Shown in pieces: positions 43,331 through 55,170 of a stretch of 64,000 nucleotides of DNA (positions within the stretch are counted from its first letter, which is position 1; the number at the start of each line of letters is the position of its first letter). Under the pieces are notes generated by a model, which was not told the DNA's origin, ran no database searches, and saw only the letters and a program-made list of their open reading frames with translations. The stretch spans positions 672,001-736,000 of the forward strand of contig CAWJGT010000001.1 of NCBI GenBank assembly GCA_963842525.1, in the 5' to 3' direction. Source of the stretch: an uncultured Holophagales bacterium. Its GTDB lineage: Bacteria; Acidobacteriota; Thermoanaerobaculia; Multivoradales; UBA5704. The position numbers and the translations under genes are program-made.

Positions 43331-44093
43331 ATGAACGTTCCAACCCAACCCACGTACTCTGCTCCGCCCCCGAAGAAAGGCCTCAGCCCGCTTGCCTGGG
43401 TCGGCATCGGCTGCGGCGTCATCGTCGTCCTCGGCGTAATCTCCTTTGTCGCCTTCGGCTTCTGGGTGAAGAACAAGGCCACCCAGTATGCCGACAAGTT
43501 CGAGAAGAACCCGACCATGGCCGCCGCGGAGCTGGCTGTCCGCATGAACCCGGAGCTGCGAGCTCGTCAAGATGGACGAGGACAAGTCCACCCTGACTGT
43601 CCGCAACAAGAAGACCGGCGAAGAGATCACCCTGAACGCCGAGGATGCAAAGGAAGGGCGGTGGAGCGTCGAGACCAAGGACGGCACGACGACCTATGAC
43701 TCCTCCGGGGTCAAGGTGACCGGCGCTGACGGCCAGGTGGCGACCTTCCAAGCCGGCGGAGGTGCGCCCCAGAACCTCCCCTCCTGGCTGCCCGTCTACC
43801 CGGGCGGCACGGCGCAGGGCTCGATCGACTCCAGCTCGGGCGAATCGCGCTCCGCGGCCTTCAGCGTGACCACGAGCGACCCGGCGGACAAGGTACTCTC
43901 CTTCTACGAGCAGACGCTGAAGGATGCGGGCCTCAAGGTCGAAAAGACCACCTTCAATACCAATGACCGGTTGAGCGGCGGCGTGGTGAGCGGCACCGGC
44001 GAGAACCCGACCCGGCAGGTCGGCGTCACCGTCTCCACCCAAGGCGACGGTACGACCCAGGCCGCGGTGTCGTTCAGCGAGACGAAGGGCTAG
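43331..44093 (+). CDS. Single-pass membrane hypothetical protein (frameshift at ~43560)
   Basis: PPPKKG + TM (WVGIGCGVIVVLGVI) followed by an extracytoplasmic domain (LPSWLPVYPG...VLSFYEQTLKDAG). Confidence 0.7.
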
Positions 44094-44142
44094 GTCAAGA
44101 AGGCTGAATTGCAGGCGAGCCGTGCTGCAGGTCGGCGATCCG

Positions 44143-44251
44143 GCCCCGTCGTGTCATCCTGAGCGGGAGCGAAGGATCTGGGGGATGGGAGGCTCGAATC
44201 GGCGCGGTTCGCCAGCCGGAGCTTTCCCCGCCCAGATCCTTCGCTACGCTC
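44143..44251. repeat. Second, truncated copy of the palindrome found inside the 11375 MITE
   Basis: GTCGTGTCATCCTGAGCGGGAGCGAAGGATCTGGG ... CCCAGATCCTTCGCTACGCTC. Confidence 0.8.
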
Positions 44252-44365
44252 CAGCGGCAAGGGGCCGAAGCGCCGGTCGAGTTGGCGGAGCAGGGTCTGT
44301 TGGATGCCCTGGTCGCGCAGGAAGGTGCGCAGCAATCGTTTGAACAGCAGGTCATGATCGGGCAT
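44252..44365 (-). pseudogene. Collapsed Rpn/DUF4351-like remnant
   Basis: MPDHDLLFKRLLRTFL (Rpn-like N-terminus) is fused to QGIQQTLLRQLDRRFGPLP (DUF4351-like C-terminus). Confidence 0.55.
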
Positions 44366-44489
44366 GGGTAGATCCCGGGAGGCGCCGCCTGCCCCATCGG
44401 CGCGCACACCTCCCTATGCCCTATAAAAAGACGAAAAACGGACCGCCGATCTTGCATAACTCGCCAAGAAAGTCGCGGCGAGCCCCAGA

Positions 44490-45326
44490 TCAGTCCCGCG
44501 GGATCTCCTGGTCGAGGTTGACGGCGCTGCCGGAGAGGCGGGCGATGAGCATGAGGCGGCGCTTGAAGCGGAACTGCCTCTCGTAGCGGACGATGCGGTC
44601 GACCACCTGCTGGTCGTAGCCGCGCTCGACGACCTCGGCCGGGCTCAGATCCTCGTCGAAGAGCAGGTAGAGGACCTCGTCGGCGGTCTGGTAGTCGAAG
44701 CCGAGGTCGCCTTCATCGGTCTGCCCGGGCCAGAGGTCGGCCGAGGGGCGCTTGGCGACGACCTGCCCGGGCAGGCCGAGGTGCCGGGCGAGCTGCCAGA
44801 CCTGGTGCTTGTAGAGGTCTCCCAGCGGGTTGATCGAGCTGGCGTTGTCGCCGAACACGGTCGAATACCCGAGCAGGATCTCGGTCTTGTTCGAGGTGCC
44901 GAGCACCAGGCAACCCAGCTTCTTGGCCTGGTCGAAGAGGATGCTCATCCGCTCCCGCGCCATCTTGTTGCCGCGCCGGCCGGGGTCGGCGTCCGGCTCG
45001 GCCGCGTCGAAGTAGGCGTCCACCATCGGCGAAATGTCGATCTGCCGGTGCGGGATGCCCAGGTGTCCGGCGACGAGCAGGGCGTCGGCCAGGGACTCGG
45101 GGCTGGAGGTGCGATAGGGCAGAAGGAAGGCGTGCACCCGCTCGGGACCGAGGGCGCGCGCGGCCAGGGCCGAGGAGACCGCCGAGTCGACCCCGCCCGA
45201 GAGTCCCACGACCACGCCGGTCGTGCCCGAGGTCTCGACCCCATCGCGCAGGAAGCTGGCGAGGACCTGGACCGCCAGCCGGGGATTCAGGGCGAGGCCC
45301 GCGAGCACCCGCTCCCGGCCGTTCAC
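44490..45326 (-). CDS. nadE: NAD+ synthetase (synthetase-only subunit)
   Basis: VVGLSGGVDS, GNKMARERM, VLGTSNKTE, NPLGDLYK and PSADLWPGQTDE. Confidence 0.95.
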   Translation of the reverse strand: MNGRERVLAGLALNPRLAVQVLASFLRDGVETSGTTGVVVGLSGGVDSAVSSALAARALGPERVHAFLLPYRTSSPESLADALLVAGHLGIPHRQIDISPMVDAYFDAAEPDADPGRRGNKMARERMSILFDQAKKLGCLVLGTSNKTEILLGYSTVFGDNASSINPLGDLYKHQVWQLARHLGLPGQVVAKRPSADLWPGQTDEGDLGFDYQTADEVLYLLFDEDLSPAEVVERGYDQQVVDRIVRYERQFRFKRRLMLIARLSGSAVNLDQEIPRD

Positions 45327-46186
45327 GTGGGACCCTCGATGTCATTCCGCTCGTCTTCCAGGAGCGGCAGCCGCCAGCGCAGCCGGTCGGCGTCGTGCAG
45401 GTCGATCTCGGCGACGAGGAGGTCTTCGTCGAGGAACGGCGCACGGCATTCGACCTCACCGCCCGGCCGGACGACATGGCTGCCGCCGGTATAGAAGGAG
45501 CCCTCCTCCCAGCCCACCCGGTTGCAGTAAAGGACCCAGCAGGTGTTCAGGAGGGCGGTCGAGCGGGTGAGCATCTCCCAGCTCTCGTGGGTCGCCGGGG
45601 CATCGCCGGAGCCGACGCGGCCGGGACCGGCGGACGTCACGATCAGCAGCCGGGCTCCGGCCGCGGCCAGCCGCCGCGCCAGCTCGGGGTGCCAGAGGTC
45701 TTCGCAGATGAGGACGCCTGCCGGACCCCAGGCGAGCCGCGCGAGGTCGATCCGCCGGCCGGGACGAAAGAAGCGCTCCTCCTGGAAAAGGCCGTAGGTC
45801 GGAAGGTAGAGCTTGCGGTGGATGTGGAGCGCGGTACTCCCAGGGGGCCCAGGGGGCCCGGAGAGCAGGACTGCGCTGTTGTGGAGGACGCCGCGATCGC
45901 TCTTCTCGACGAAGCCGGCCACGACCGACAACGGCCGCGCCGCCTCGGCCAGCCGCTCCAGGACCGGGGAGTCGGGTGCCAGTGCCACGCGCGAGGTCAG
46001 ATGGAGGAGACGGTAGCCGGTGAGCGACAGCTCGGGAAAGACCAGGAGGTCGACCCCGCGCGCCCGCGCCCGCTCGATCCAGGCGAGGTGGCGGTCGACG
46101 TTGAATTCGACGTCGCCCAGCCGGCAGTCGATCTGCGCCAGGCCGACGGTCAGGCGCGAGCTCCCCTCGGTCCTCCCTGCAGCCAT
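45323..46186 (-). CDS. Carbon-nitrogen hydrolase (nitrilase-type glutaminase partner of NadE)
   Basis: LLVFPELSLTGY, HRKLYLPTYGLF and LICEDLWH carry the E-K-C triad; GTGA overlap with nadE. Confidence 0.9.
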   Translation of the reverse strand: MAAGRTEGSSRLTVGLAQIDCRLGDVEFNVDRHLAWIERARARGVDLLVFPELSLTGYRLLHLTSRVALAPDSPVLERLAEAARPLSVVAGFVEKSDRGVLHNSAVLLSGPPGPPGSTALHIHRKLYLPTYGLFQEERFFRPGRRIDLARLAWGPAGVLICEDLWHPELARRLAAAGARLLIVTSAGPGRVGSGDAPATHESWEMLTRSTALLNTCWVLYCNRVGWEEGSFYTGGSHVVRPGGEVECRAPFLDEDLLVAEIDLHDADRLRWRLPLLEDERNDIEGPT

Positions 46187-46215
46187 ACGCGGGCGGATGC
46201 TAGCATGGGCACCCC

Positions 46216-47070
46216 ATGGAACTGCTCCGCCGAATGCCCGCGATCCTTATTGCCGGCCTCCTCGGCTTCCTGGCCACGGCCGTTCCGGCCCAGACGCCCG
46301 GAGCGGCCCGGCCCGCGCAAGCCCGGCCCTCCCAGACACCGCCCAAGCTCGAAGACCGCATCATGGCCGTGGTGAACGAGGAGCCCATTCTGGCGTCCGA
46401 GATCGACCGCGCCATCGCGCTCGGCCTGAAGCAACGCCAGCCGGGGGACAACGAGGCCGCGTTCCGCCGCCGGGTGCTGAACGACCTCATCGAGGAGCGC
46501 CTGCGCTTCGAGGAGATCGACCGCTTCGGCTTCGAGCAGGTGCCCGTGGACCAGATCAACCAGGAGGTCCAGAAGATTCGCAGCCAGCTCCCGGACGAGG
46601 CCGCCTTCCAGAAGGTCCTCAAGCAGAACGGGCTGACTCTCAAGGACCTGCGCCAGCTCGTCGCCCGCCAGCTCATGGTGCTGACCTACGTGGACGAGCA
46701 GCTCGGCCCGCGCGTCTTCGTGAGCCTGGACGACATTTCCAACTACTACCAGACCGTCTTCGTCCCCGAGATGCAGAAGCGCGGCCAGAAGACGCCGCCT
46801 CTCGAAGACGTGCGCGACCAGATCCGCGCCGTGCTCAAAGAGCAGCGGCTCAACGAGGCGATCGAGAAGTGGACCGAGGATCTGCGGCGCAAGGCCGACA
46901 TCCAGGTCTTCTTCGACCCGCCCTCCGGCCCGCTGCCGCCGGTGGTCAAGCGGATGCCCTCTCCCCCTGGCCCCCTCTCCCGTGCGGCCACCACCCACCT
47001 CCCCGAACGGGAGAGGGGGCCAGGGGGAGAGGGCTCTAATACAGCTCTTTGTAGTGCGTCCGGCTGGTGA
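46216..47070 (+). CDS. SurA N-terminal-domain chaperone-like protein
   Basis: Signal peptide, DRIMAVVNEEPILASE, VLNDLIEERL and WTEDLRRKADI; reads through the REP hairpin. Confidence 0.8.
   Translation: MELLRRMPAILIAGLLGFLATAVPAQTPGAARPAQARPSQTPPKLEDRIMAVVNEEPILASEIDRAIALGLKQRQPGDNEAAFRRRVLNDLIEERLRFEEIDRFGFEQVPVDQINQEVQKIRSQLPDEAAFQKVLKQNGLTLKDLRQLVARQLMVLTYVDEQLGPRVFVSLDDISNYYQTVFVPEMQKRGQKTPPLEDVRDQIRAVLKEQRLNEAIEKWTEDLRRKADIQVFFDPPSGPLPPVVKRMPSPPGPLSRAATTHLPERERGPGGEGSNTALCSASGW
46956..47034. repeat. Palindromic REP-like element, copy 2 (28-bp stem)
   Basis: GCCCTCTCCCCCTGGCCCCCTCTCCCGT ... ACGGGAGAGGGGGCCAGGGGGAGAGGGC between convergent genes. Confidence 0.8.
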
Positions 47071-49267
47071 GCACCCGCCGGAGATAGCCGCGGGTCTCGT
47101 GGAAGCCGACCTTGGAGAAGAATTCCTCCATCTCCTTGCCATAGCAGTAGCTCCGCCAGAGCACCGCCTGCGGCTCGCCGGCGTTGTAGGCTGCGACCGC
47201 CTGGAAGTCGAGGCCGCCGAAGTCCTTCAGCAGGGAGGCGACGTAGGCGGCACCCAGGGCGGCCGAGATCTCGGGGCGGTAGAGGTCCTCGGGATCGAGC
47301 CGTCCCGTGTTGTTCTCGGCGGCGATGCGGCGCGCCGTGGGCAGGGTGAGCTGCGTGAGGCCGCGCGCCGCGGCCGGGGACAGGACCGAGCGGTCCCAGC
47401 GGCTCTCCTCCCGGATGATGGCGGCCAACAGGCCGGGATCGACGCCGCGCAGCCGGGTCTGGGCCGTGATCGTGTCCCGGTAGGGGAAGGGGTAGAGGAG
47501 GTTGTGGAACGGGCGCGGCTGGAGCGCCAGGGGGACCCGCGCCGGGGTGCGGACGCGCAGCATCTCCGCATGCACGATCGAGCGCTCGACCTCGCCACCC
47601 GCGGCCAGGATCCGGCTCCCCGTGAAGGCGAGCGCGGGCTCGCTCACCGGGAAGTGCGTGCGGACCGCGGGTGCTCCCTCGTGCCAGACGCCCAGGGAGA
47701 GGAGGATCTCCTCGGGCTTGCGCAGCGAAGCCCTCCAGAGCGGCCAGCGCTCGACGGGCACGTCGCCGAGCCGCAGGAAGGGCGCGGCGGTCCGGTCGGC
47801 GAGCAGGATCTGCCGGAGGCGGCGCCGCGCCGCCTCGCCGGTCGCGTCCTGCGGTCCCAGGAGAACCCAGGCGCCATAGAGGTCCTCGGGCGCCTGCGAC
47901 CCGGCGAGGCGCCGCCCCTCGGCCGCTGCGGCTTTGACGAGCGGCTCCGTTCCGAGCCTCCGCACGGCGGCCTGGGACAAGGGGTGGTAGAGATCGATGC
48001 GGATCGCCGTGAGATACGCGGCCACCGCTCCGGCCCAGCTCTTGTCGAGCTCGGCGAGGCGACCACGCCAGTAGGCCAGCTCGATGCGGTCGTCGGGGTT
48101 GGAGGGCACGGCCCGGTCGAGCCATCCCCGGGCGCGGTCGCGCCGGCCGCGGACGATGTCCGAGGAAGCCAGGAAGAGCGCGGCGCGCAAGACCGGATCG
48201 GCCGCTGAGTCCCAGCCCTCGCGCCGCGCGGCGAGCAGGTTGTAGAGCGGCAGGGCCGAAGCCTCGGCGCCGCGGCGCCAGTCCAGCCGCATCGCGCAGA
48301 GCACCGAGGAGCCGGCCCATTCCCCCTCGGGCTCGGCCTGCCAGGCCTTGCGGAAGCTCGCCGAGGCCAGCTCCCACCTCCCCAGGAGCTCGTAGGAACG
48401 CCCCTGCTGGTAGAAGGCCCGGGCCCGCTCGCCAGGCGCCTTCGCGAGCTGCGCCAGCTCGCCGAAGAGGAAGGCCGCCGCGTCATAGCGGCCCTGCCAG
48501 AAGTGGGAACGTCCCAGTGCATAACGCGTCTCGAGCAGCTCCTTTTCGGAGAGCGATCCGCCGCCCAGAGCCAGGCGCAGGTGCCGCAACGCCCGCTCGA
48601 AGTCGCGGTGCTGGTGGAAGGTCAGGCCGAGGAGCATCGGCGCCCGGCCGCGCTCCTCGGGGGAGACCAGCACGGCGAGGCGCTCGGCGGCCAACCGCCC
48701 CAGATCGTCCCCGCGGTTCTCGTCCAGGATCTTGACCAGCAGGTTGCGGGCGAGCTCGCGCATCCCCTGCCGGAGCGCGCAGTCGGCCTCGACGAGGAGG
48801 AGCGTCCGCCGCGGCGCCAGGGCAAGGTCGTCGGTCTCCAGCCCCTTGAGCAGGCGGCAGTCGCCTCCCTGGCCGAGGGTGCGGGCGAGGAGAAGGGAGG
48901 CCTCATGGCCGAGCGGCGCCGGTGGATTCGCACCCACCACCGAGGCGACCAGCCCGGCGGCGACCTCTGGATGGTCCATCCGCTCCTGGTCGAGCGCCAT
49001 GCGGTAGCGGCTGTGGAGGGCGAGGTGCGGCGCGGAGGCCATGGCGGCGCCGAAGGCCTCGCTGGCGCCGGCCGGGTCTCCGAGGAGGTCGTAGAGGTGG
49101 CCGAGGAGGAAGTCGAGCCCCATCCGGCGGGCCTCGGACGGCCGCTCGGCGAGCTCGCGCTGGACGCCGGCGAGCGCGTCCCGCGACCGTCCCGCGAGCT
49201 GCAGCTCGACGAGATCCGGGCGTGGATCGATGGTGATGCCGGCGAAGAGGACGAAGGCGGCGAACAT
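47036..49267 (-). CDS. Soluble lytic transglycosylase (Slt70-like, TPR + SLT)
   Basis: AIIREESRW, SPAAARGLTQL, AAYNAG and ETRGYLRRV. Confidence 0.9.
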   Translation of the reverse strand: MFAAFVLFAGITIDPRPDLVELQLAGRSRDALAGVQRELAERPSEARRMGLDFLLGHLYDLLGDPAGASEAFGAAMASAPHLALHSRYRMALDQERMDHPEVAAGLVASVVGANPPAPLGHEASLLLARTLGQGGDCRLLKGLETDDLALAPRRTLLLVEADCALRQGMRELARNLLVKILDENRGDDLGRLAAERLAVLVSPEERGRAPMLLGLTFHQHRDFERALRHLRLALGGGSLSEKELLETRYALGRSHFWQGRYDAAAFLFGELAQLAKAPGERARAFYQQGRSYELLGRWELASASFRKAWQAEPEGEWAGSSVLCAMRLDWRRGAEASALPLYNLLAARREGWDSAADPVLRAALFLASSDIVRGRRDRARGWLDRAVPSNPDDRIELAYWRGRLAELDKSWAGAVAAYLTAIRIDLYHPLSQAAVRRLGTEPLVKAAAAEGRRLAGSQAPEDLYGAWVLLGPQDATGEAARRRLRQILLADRTAAPFLRLGDVPVERWPLWRASLRKPEEILLSLGVWHEGAPAVRTHFPVSEPALAFTGSRILAAGGEVERSIVHAEMLRVRTPARVPLALQPRPFHNLLYPFPYRDTITAQTRLRGVDPGLLAAIIREESRWDRSVLSPAAARGLTQLTLPTARRIAAENNTGRLDPEDLYRPEISAALGAAYVASLLKDFGGLDFQAVAAYNAGEPQAVLWRSYCYGKEMEEFFSKVGFHETRGYLRRVLTSRTHYKELY

Positions 49268-49315
49268 CCCAGGACGCGCTCACAGGGAGGCGGTCGGGAT
49301 GCCCTCCGCAGCCGC

Positions 49316-50586
<1,271 letters not shown>

Positions 50587-50618
50587 GCCCCCTACCTGCC
50601 GGAATGCCTCTTCCCTGG

Positions 50619-51458
50619 CTACCGGCGCTTCAATGTCAGGACGCGCGGGATACGGGAGTAGTCGTGCCATGCGCCGGCCCATTGCAAGGCCGATGCCCCG
50701 GCCAGACGGCGCAAGATGTCGAGCTGTCCGTAGCCGATTTCCACGATGAGCCGTACGCCGGAGCGCAATCCGGCGCCCTCTTCGAAGAGGCGGGCCAGGA
50801 TGGATTCTCCGGTTCCGGGAGCAAAGAGTGCCAGGTGCGGCTCAAAATTGCAAACCTCGGGCGACAGGGACGGAGCTTCCGCCGGATCGATGTAGGGCGG
50901 ATTGCTCACCACCAGGTCGAAGCGCGAGAGGTCGAGCCCCTCCGTCAGGTCCAGGCCGGCCGGATGGACGCGGTCGCCGACCCCGTGCCGACGCGCATTG
51001 CCGGCCGTCACCGCGAGAGCGCCCGGGGACAGGTCGCCGGCCACCACGCGGGCGCCCGGGACCTCCAAAGCCAGTGTGACGGCGATGCACCCGGAGCCGG
51101 TTCCCACGTCCAAGATCCACGGCCGGGGCGGCAACGGCTCGGCGAGCGCCGCCTCGATCACATGCTCCGTCTCCGGCCGTGGGATCAGCACCCGCCGGTC
51201 GACGTGGAAGAGGCGGCCGTAGAGCTCCTTCTCCTCGAACAGGTAGGCGACCGGCTCGCCGGAGAGGCGCCGCCGGAGCAGAGCCTCGAACCGTTCCGCC
51301 GCCGCAGCCTCCACCTCCAGGTCATCGCGCGCCAGGATCTGCGCCTCCGACAGGCCGAGGACCCGGCCGAGCAGGAGGGACGCCTCGCGCGGCGGAGCAC
51401 CGAACGAAGTCGCGGCCAGCCGCGCCCGGGCGGCGGCGAGGAGGTGGGAGATCCTCAC
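50619..51458 (-). CDS. prmC: Release factor glutamine methyltransferase
   Basis: [25 protein letters not shown] and VSNPPY. Confidence 0.93.
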   Translation of the reverse strand: MRISHLLAAARARLAATSFGAPPREASLLLGRVLGLSEAQILARDDLEVEAAAAERFEALLRRRLSGEPVAYLFEEKELYGRLFHVDRRVLIPRPETEHVIEAALAEPLPPRPWILDVGTGSGCIAVTLALEVPGARVVAGDLSPGALAVTAGNARRHGVGDRVHPAGLDLTEGLDLSRFDLVVSNPPYIDPAEAPSLSPEVCNFEPHLALFAPGTGESILARLFEEGAGLRSGVRLIVEIGYGQLDILRRLAGASALQWAGAWHDYSRIPRVLTLKRR

Positions 51459-51662
51459 CCCCTGTCCTCCTCTCCCATCGCCCCCCCACCGACCGGGAGA
51501 GGGGGGACGTAGAGGAGACGGATGTGCTCGTAGGAAGCTGCTATCGAGGCATTGAACGATGCTGCGCCGCTATGATGGGCGCTTTCGAACAATTCGCTGC
51601 CATGCGTTCCCCCTCTCCCGGAGGCAGGGGGGGCGATGGGAGAGGGGGACAGGGGGTGAGGT
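51454..51662. repeat. Palindromic REP-like element, copy 3
   Basis: CTCACCCCCTGTCCTCCTCTCCCATCGCCCCCC ... GGGGGGCGATGGGAGAGGGGGACAGGGGGTGAG. Confidence 0.8.
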
Positions 51663-51743
51663 CTCACGGCTCAAGCACCATAATGAGTGTATCGAAACGA
51701 AACTCCCTCCCTGGCGCCTAACGAAAAGAGGGACCGCACCAGC

Positions 51744-54652
51744 ATGGCTTTCGGCACCAGGATCTCAGATTCCCTCTTCGGCTTTCTCTATCGCTTCCGG
51801 TTCCGGTACGACCTTTTCCTCTCCTATGCGCGGAGCGACGGCAAGCCGTATGCCCTCAAGCTCCGCGACCAGCTCAAGGCCCTCGACTTCTCCTGCTTTC
51901 TCGATCAGGACGAGCTGCCGCCCGGCAACTCGCTCCGCAGCAGCCTGAGCCGCGCCCTGCGGCGGAGCGCCACCCTTGTGGTGATCGGGACCGAGCGGGC
52001 TCTCAAGTCCACCTACGTGGCGCAGGAAATCTCCGAGTTCACCGCCACGGGCCGGACGATCATCCCCATCGACTTCCAGGGGACGCTCGCCGATCCGCCC
52101 TGGAGCGTCCTCCGCGAGCGCGACCTGGTCTGGATCGATGAAACCAGGGAGGCCCTGGAACGGGGTGCCCCCTCACCCGCGGTGGCCGACGGAATCGACA
52201 AGCTCTTCAAATACACACGGCGCAACGTGCGGGTCCGCGGGCAGATCCTGGCGACGGCCTTCCTCTTCCTGGTGGGCGCCGCGGTCTCCGCCTGGATCAT
52301 CAATGGAAAAGTGCGGGAGCTAGGCCAGGCCGTCTCGGACGCGACCGAGGCTAGGCAGGCTGAAGAAAGGGCGGCCGAAAACGCGCGGAAGGAGGCGAAA
52401 CGGGCTGATAAGAATCGGGAGGATGCGGAAAAGCAGGCTAAGGAGGCCGTAAAACAGAAGGATCGTGCGGACGAGCAGGCACGCGAAGCGAAAAAGCAGG
52501 AGGGGATTGCGCTCAAGAACGCCGAGCGGGCAGAGCAGGAACAGCGACGCGCCGAGGAGAAGACGCTGGAATCCCAGGCCCGCCTCCTCGCCACCGAAGC
52601 CGCACGGGAGCTGGACGGCAGCACCGACGGGCTGATCCGGAGTGTGCTGCTCGCCGCGGAGTCGCTGCGGAAGACGCAGACCCTCGAAGGCCGGAACGCC
52701 CTCGCCAACGGCCTGCGGCTCCTTCCTCCCCGCCCGGAGGCTGTCTTCCCCTGTTCCTGTGGTTTCGTCCGCGCAGCGGCCTTCGATCCCGACGGCCGCC
52801 GGCTGGCGGTAGCTGGGGAGGAGGGCCTGGCGATGCTCGATCCGGCGGAGGGCTGGCGCGAGCTGTTCCCTGCGCTGAAGGGGCGATTCGTGTGGGGCCT
52901 GGCCTTCAGTCCGGACGGCCGCTCGCTGGCCGTCGGCACGGCCGGCGAGGTCCATGTCCTGGAGGCAGCGACAGGACGTCCTCTGGCAGTGATTCCGACG
53001 GGCAGCGAGCTCGTCCGGGACGTGGCCTTCAGCCCCGACGGGAGGTATATCTGGCCGCCGCCGCGCGGGGCTTCTCTGCAACCCTGCTGGAAAGGGGCTC
53101 CGAGGAGGGCTCCTGGCGACCGGTCGTCCCCGCGCCCAGCATCCAAGAGGATGTCACCCCCATCACGTCCCTGGCTTTCAGCGGCGATGGCAGATGGCTC
53201 GCCCTGGGCGGAGTCAACAGCGTCGCGATCTGGGACCTGGCCCGGAAGGAGAAAGCAGACCAGGCGGAATCCGGGACCGTCTGGAGCATCGACTTTCTGG
53301 CCGGTGGCAAGGGCTTCAGGGCGGCGGGCGACCGGGAGATTCGCTTCTGGCGGATGGAGGAATCGGCAGATGGCAGCGTAGATCTGTCGGAGAGCCCGGA
53401 GAGCAGGAGGAACGGCGAGGACATCTGGGCTCTCGCCCCTGGCCCGGAGGAAAGCAGCTTCGCGACCGCGAACAGAGACGGCACGGTGCGCCTGTGGGGA
53501 GACTCCGGCGGAGAGGAACGCAGCCGGATGATCCTCGCGCAACGGATCGACCCTGCGGTCGCCCTGACACCGGACGGCCAGAAGCTCGTCGTTGGCAACG
53601 GCAGGAGCCTCAACATCTGGCAGGTCTCCGATTCTCACGAGCTGGCGCGGTTCGAGGGGGTGAGCGCCGCGGCCTTCAGCCCCTCGGGCCGTTGGCTCGC
53701 CACAGGAGGAGACCGGACGCTGCGGCTCCTCCAGGTTCCGCAGACGGACACGGCGGCCGGCCCGGAGAGCTGGCCCGAGGTCGCCCGCTGGGGCGTCGAG
53801 GGAGAGGTCTCCTCCGTCGCCGTCAGCCCGGATGGACGGTGGCTCGCCGCGGCCCTGGGCAGGACGATCCAGGTGGTCGACACCCGGACCCGGCGGACGG
53901 TCCTGCGGACAGAGGTGGAGAGCAAGGACGCTCTGTCGCTCGCCTTCAGCCCGCAGGGCCGGTGGCTCGTGGCAACGGCGGGGAGCGTGGTCCATCGGAT
54001 CGCCACCGGCACGTGGCAAGCGGCGCCACCCATGGAGCTTCAGGAGAGCCTGGGCCGCCTCGCTTTCAGCCCGGACGAGGCCTGGATGGGGACGCGGACG
54101 GAGTTTTATTACGTCCGCGGAGAGGGGTTGCGCCGGCCCACGCTGACGCGCGTCTATCAGACGGAGACCGGCCGCCGCGTCGCCTGGCAGTCCCACGAGG
54201 ACGAGGACCTGCGCGGGATGATGAACAGAAAATCAGATCGCTTCGAAGGGCCGCAGGAGAAGCAGGGGGGCCGGATGGACCTCGTCCGGCAGGTCCCGTC
54301 CTGGCGGGAGATCCGGCATGAGGTACCGAAGTCTGTGATGAGCCCCGACGGCCAGTGGCAGGCGAAGAACGACGACGACGACGTGAGGCTGGAGGACAAG
54401 CGCTCCGAACGCACGGTCGAGCGCCTGGCCCATGACGGCCTGCTCGATGTCTCCTTCAGCCCTGACGGCCGCTGGCTGGTCACCGCCGGAGGCGGAGCCG
54501 TCAAGGTGTGGCCGCTCAAGGCAGAGGATCTGATCGCCCAGGCCTGCGAGCGCCTGCCGCAAGACCGCCAGCCCGCGGAATGGCCGGAGGCCGTGCGGTC
54601 CCTGATGGCCCCCGGCCCGTGCGAGGCGGCGGCCGGGGCACCACCGGGGTAG
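51744..54652 (+). CDS. TIR - hydrophobic helix - coiled coil - WD40-repeat protein (frameshift at ~53055)
   Basis: YDLFLSYARSDG...CFLDQDEL..G...S.YVAQEI (TIR_2), LATAFLFLVGAAVSAWII, an E/K/A-rich coiled coil and many (A/V)FSPDGRWLA repeats. Confidence 0.85.
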
Positions 54653-54922
54653 GTCCATGAATCTGTCTCCCTGCCTACCAGGGCTTCACCTTCAGCCACG
54701 CGACCACGAGGTTGGTGTGCTCGTTGAAATCGTCAATCTCGCGGGCACAACGCGCAACAAAACCACAGTCATGGACTGTGAAAACCAGCGCCCGCAAAAA
54801 AGGCTCACGTCCACGACCACAACCCTTGTGGGAACCACAGCGGCCAGGGCGTCTCCTCCAAGGCCCCCGACACCACGAGGCCACCGCTCGGCACACGCCG
54901 ACCACCCTGCGGCGCCGGCCGA

Positions 54923-55150
54923 TGGACCTGCGAGGCGCGATGGCGGACCTGCAGGTCAAGCCAGTCGACCTGCAGGGTGCGCTGGTGAACCTGCGGGTCA
55001 AGCGGGTGAACCTGCAGGGTGCGCGGGTCAACCTGCAGGTCCACCTGGCGAACCTCCAGGTCCACCTCGTCACGCCGCAGGTCCACCGGCAGACGCCGAA
55101 GGGCAGGCCCGCTGACCCGCAGGTCCACCGGCAGACGCCGCAGGGTGGCA
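54923..55150. repeat. 21-bp-period array with palindromic core GACCTGCAGGTC
   Basis: About 11 units such as GACCTGCAGGTCAAGCCAGTC, GACCTGCAGGGTGCGCTGGTG and AACCTGCAGGTCCACCTGGCG. Confidence 0.8.
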
Positions 55151-55170
55151 GGGGCACGCGAGAGGTCCGG

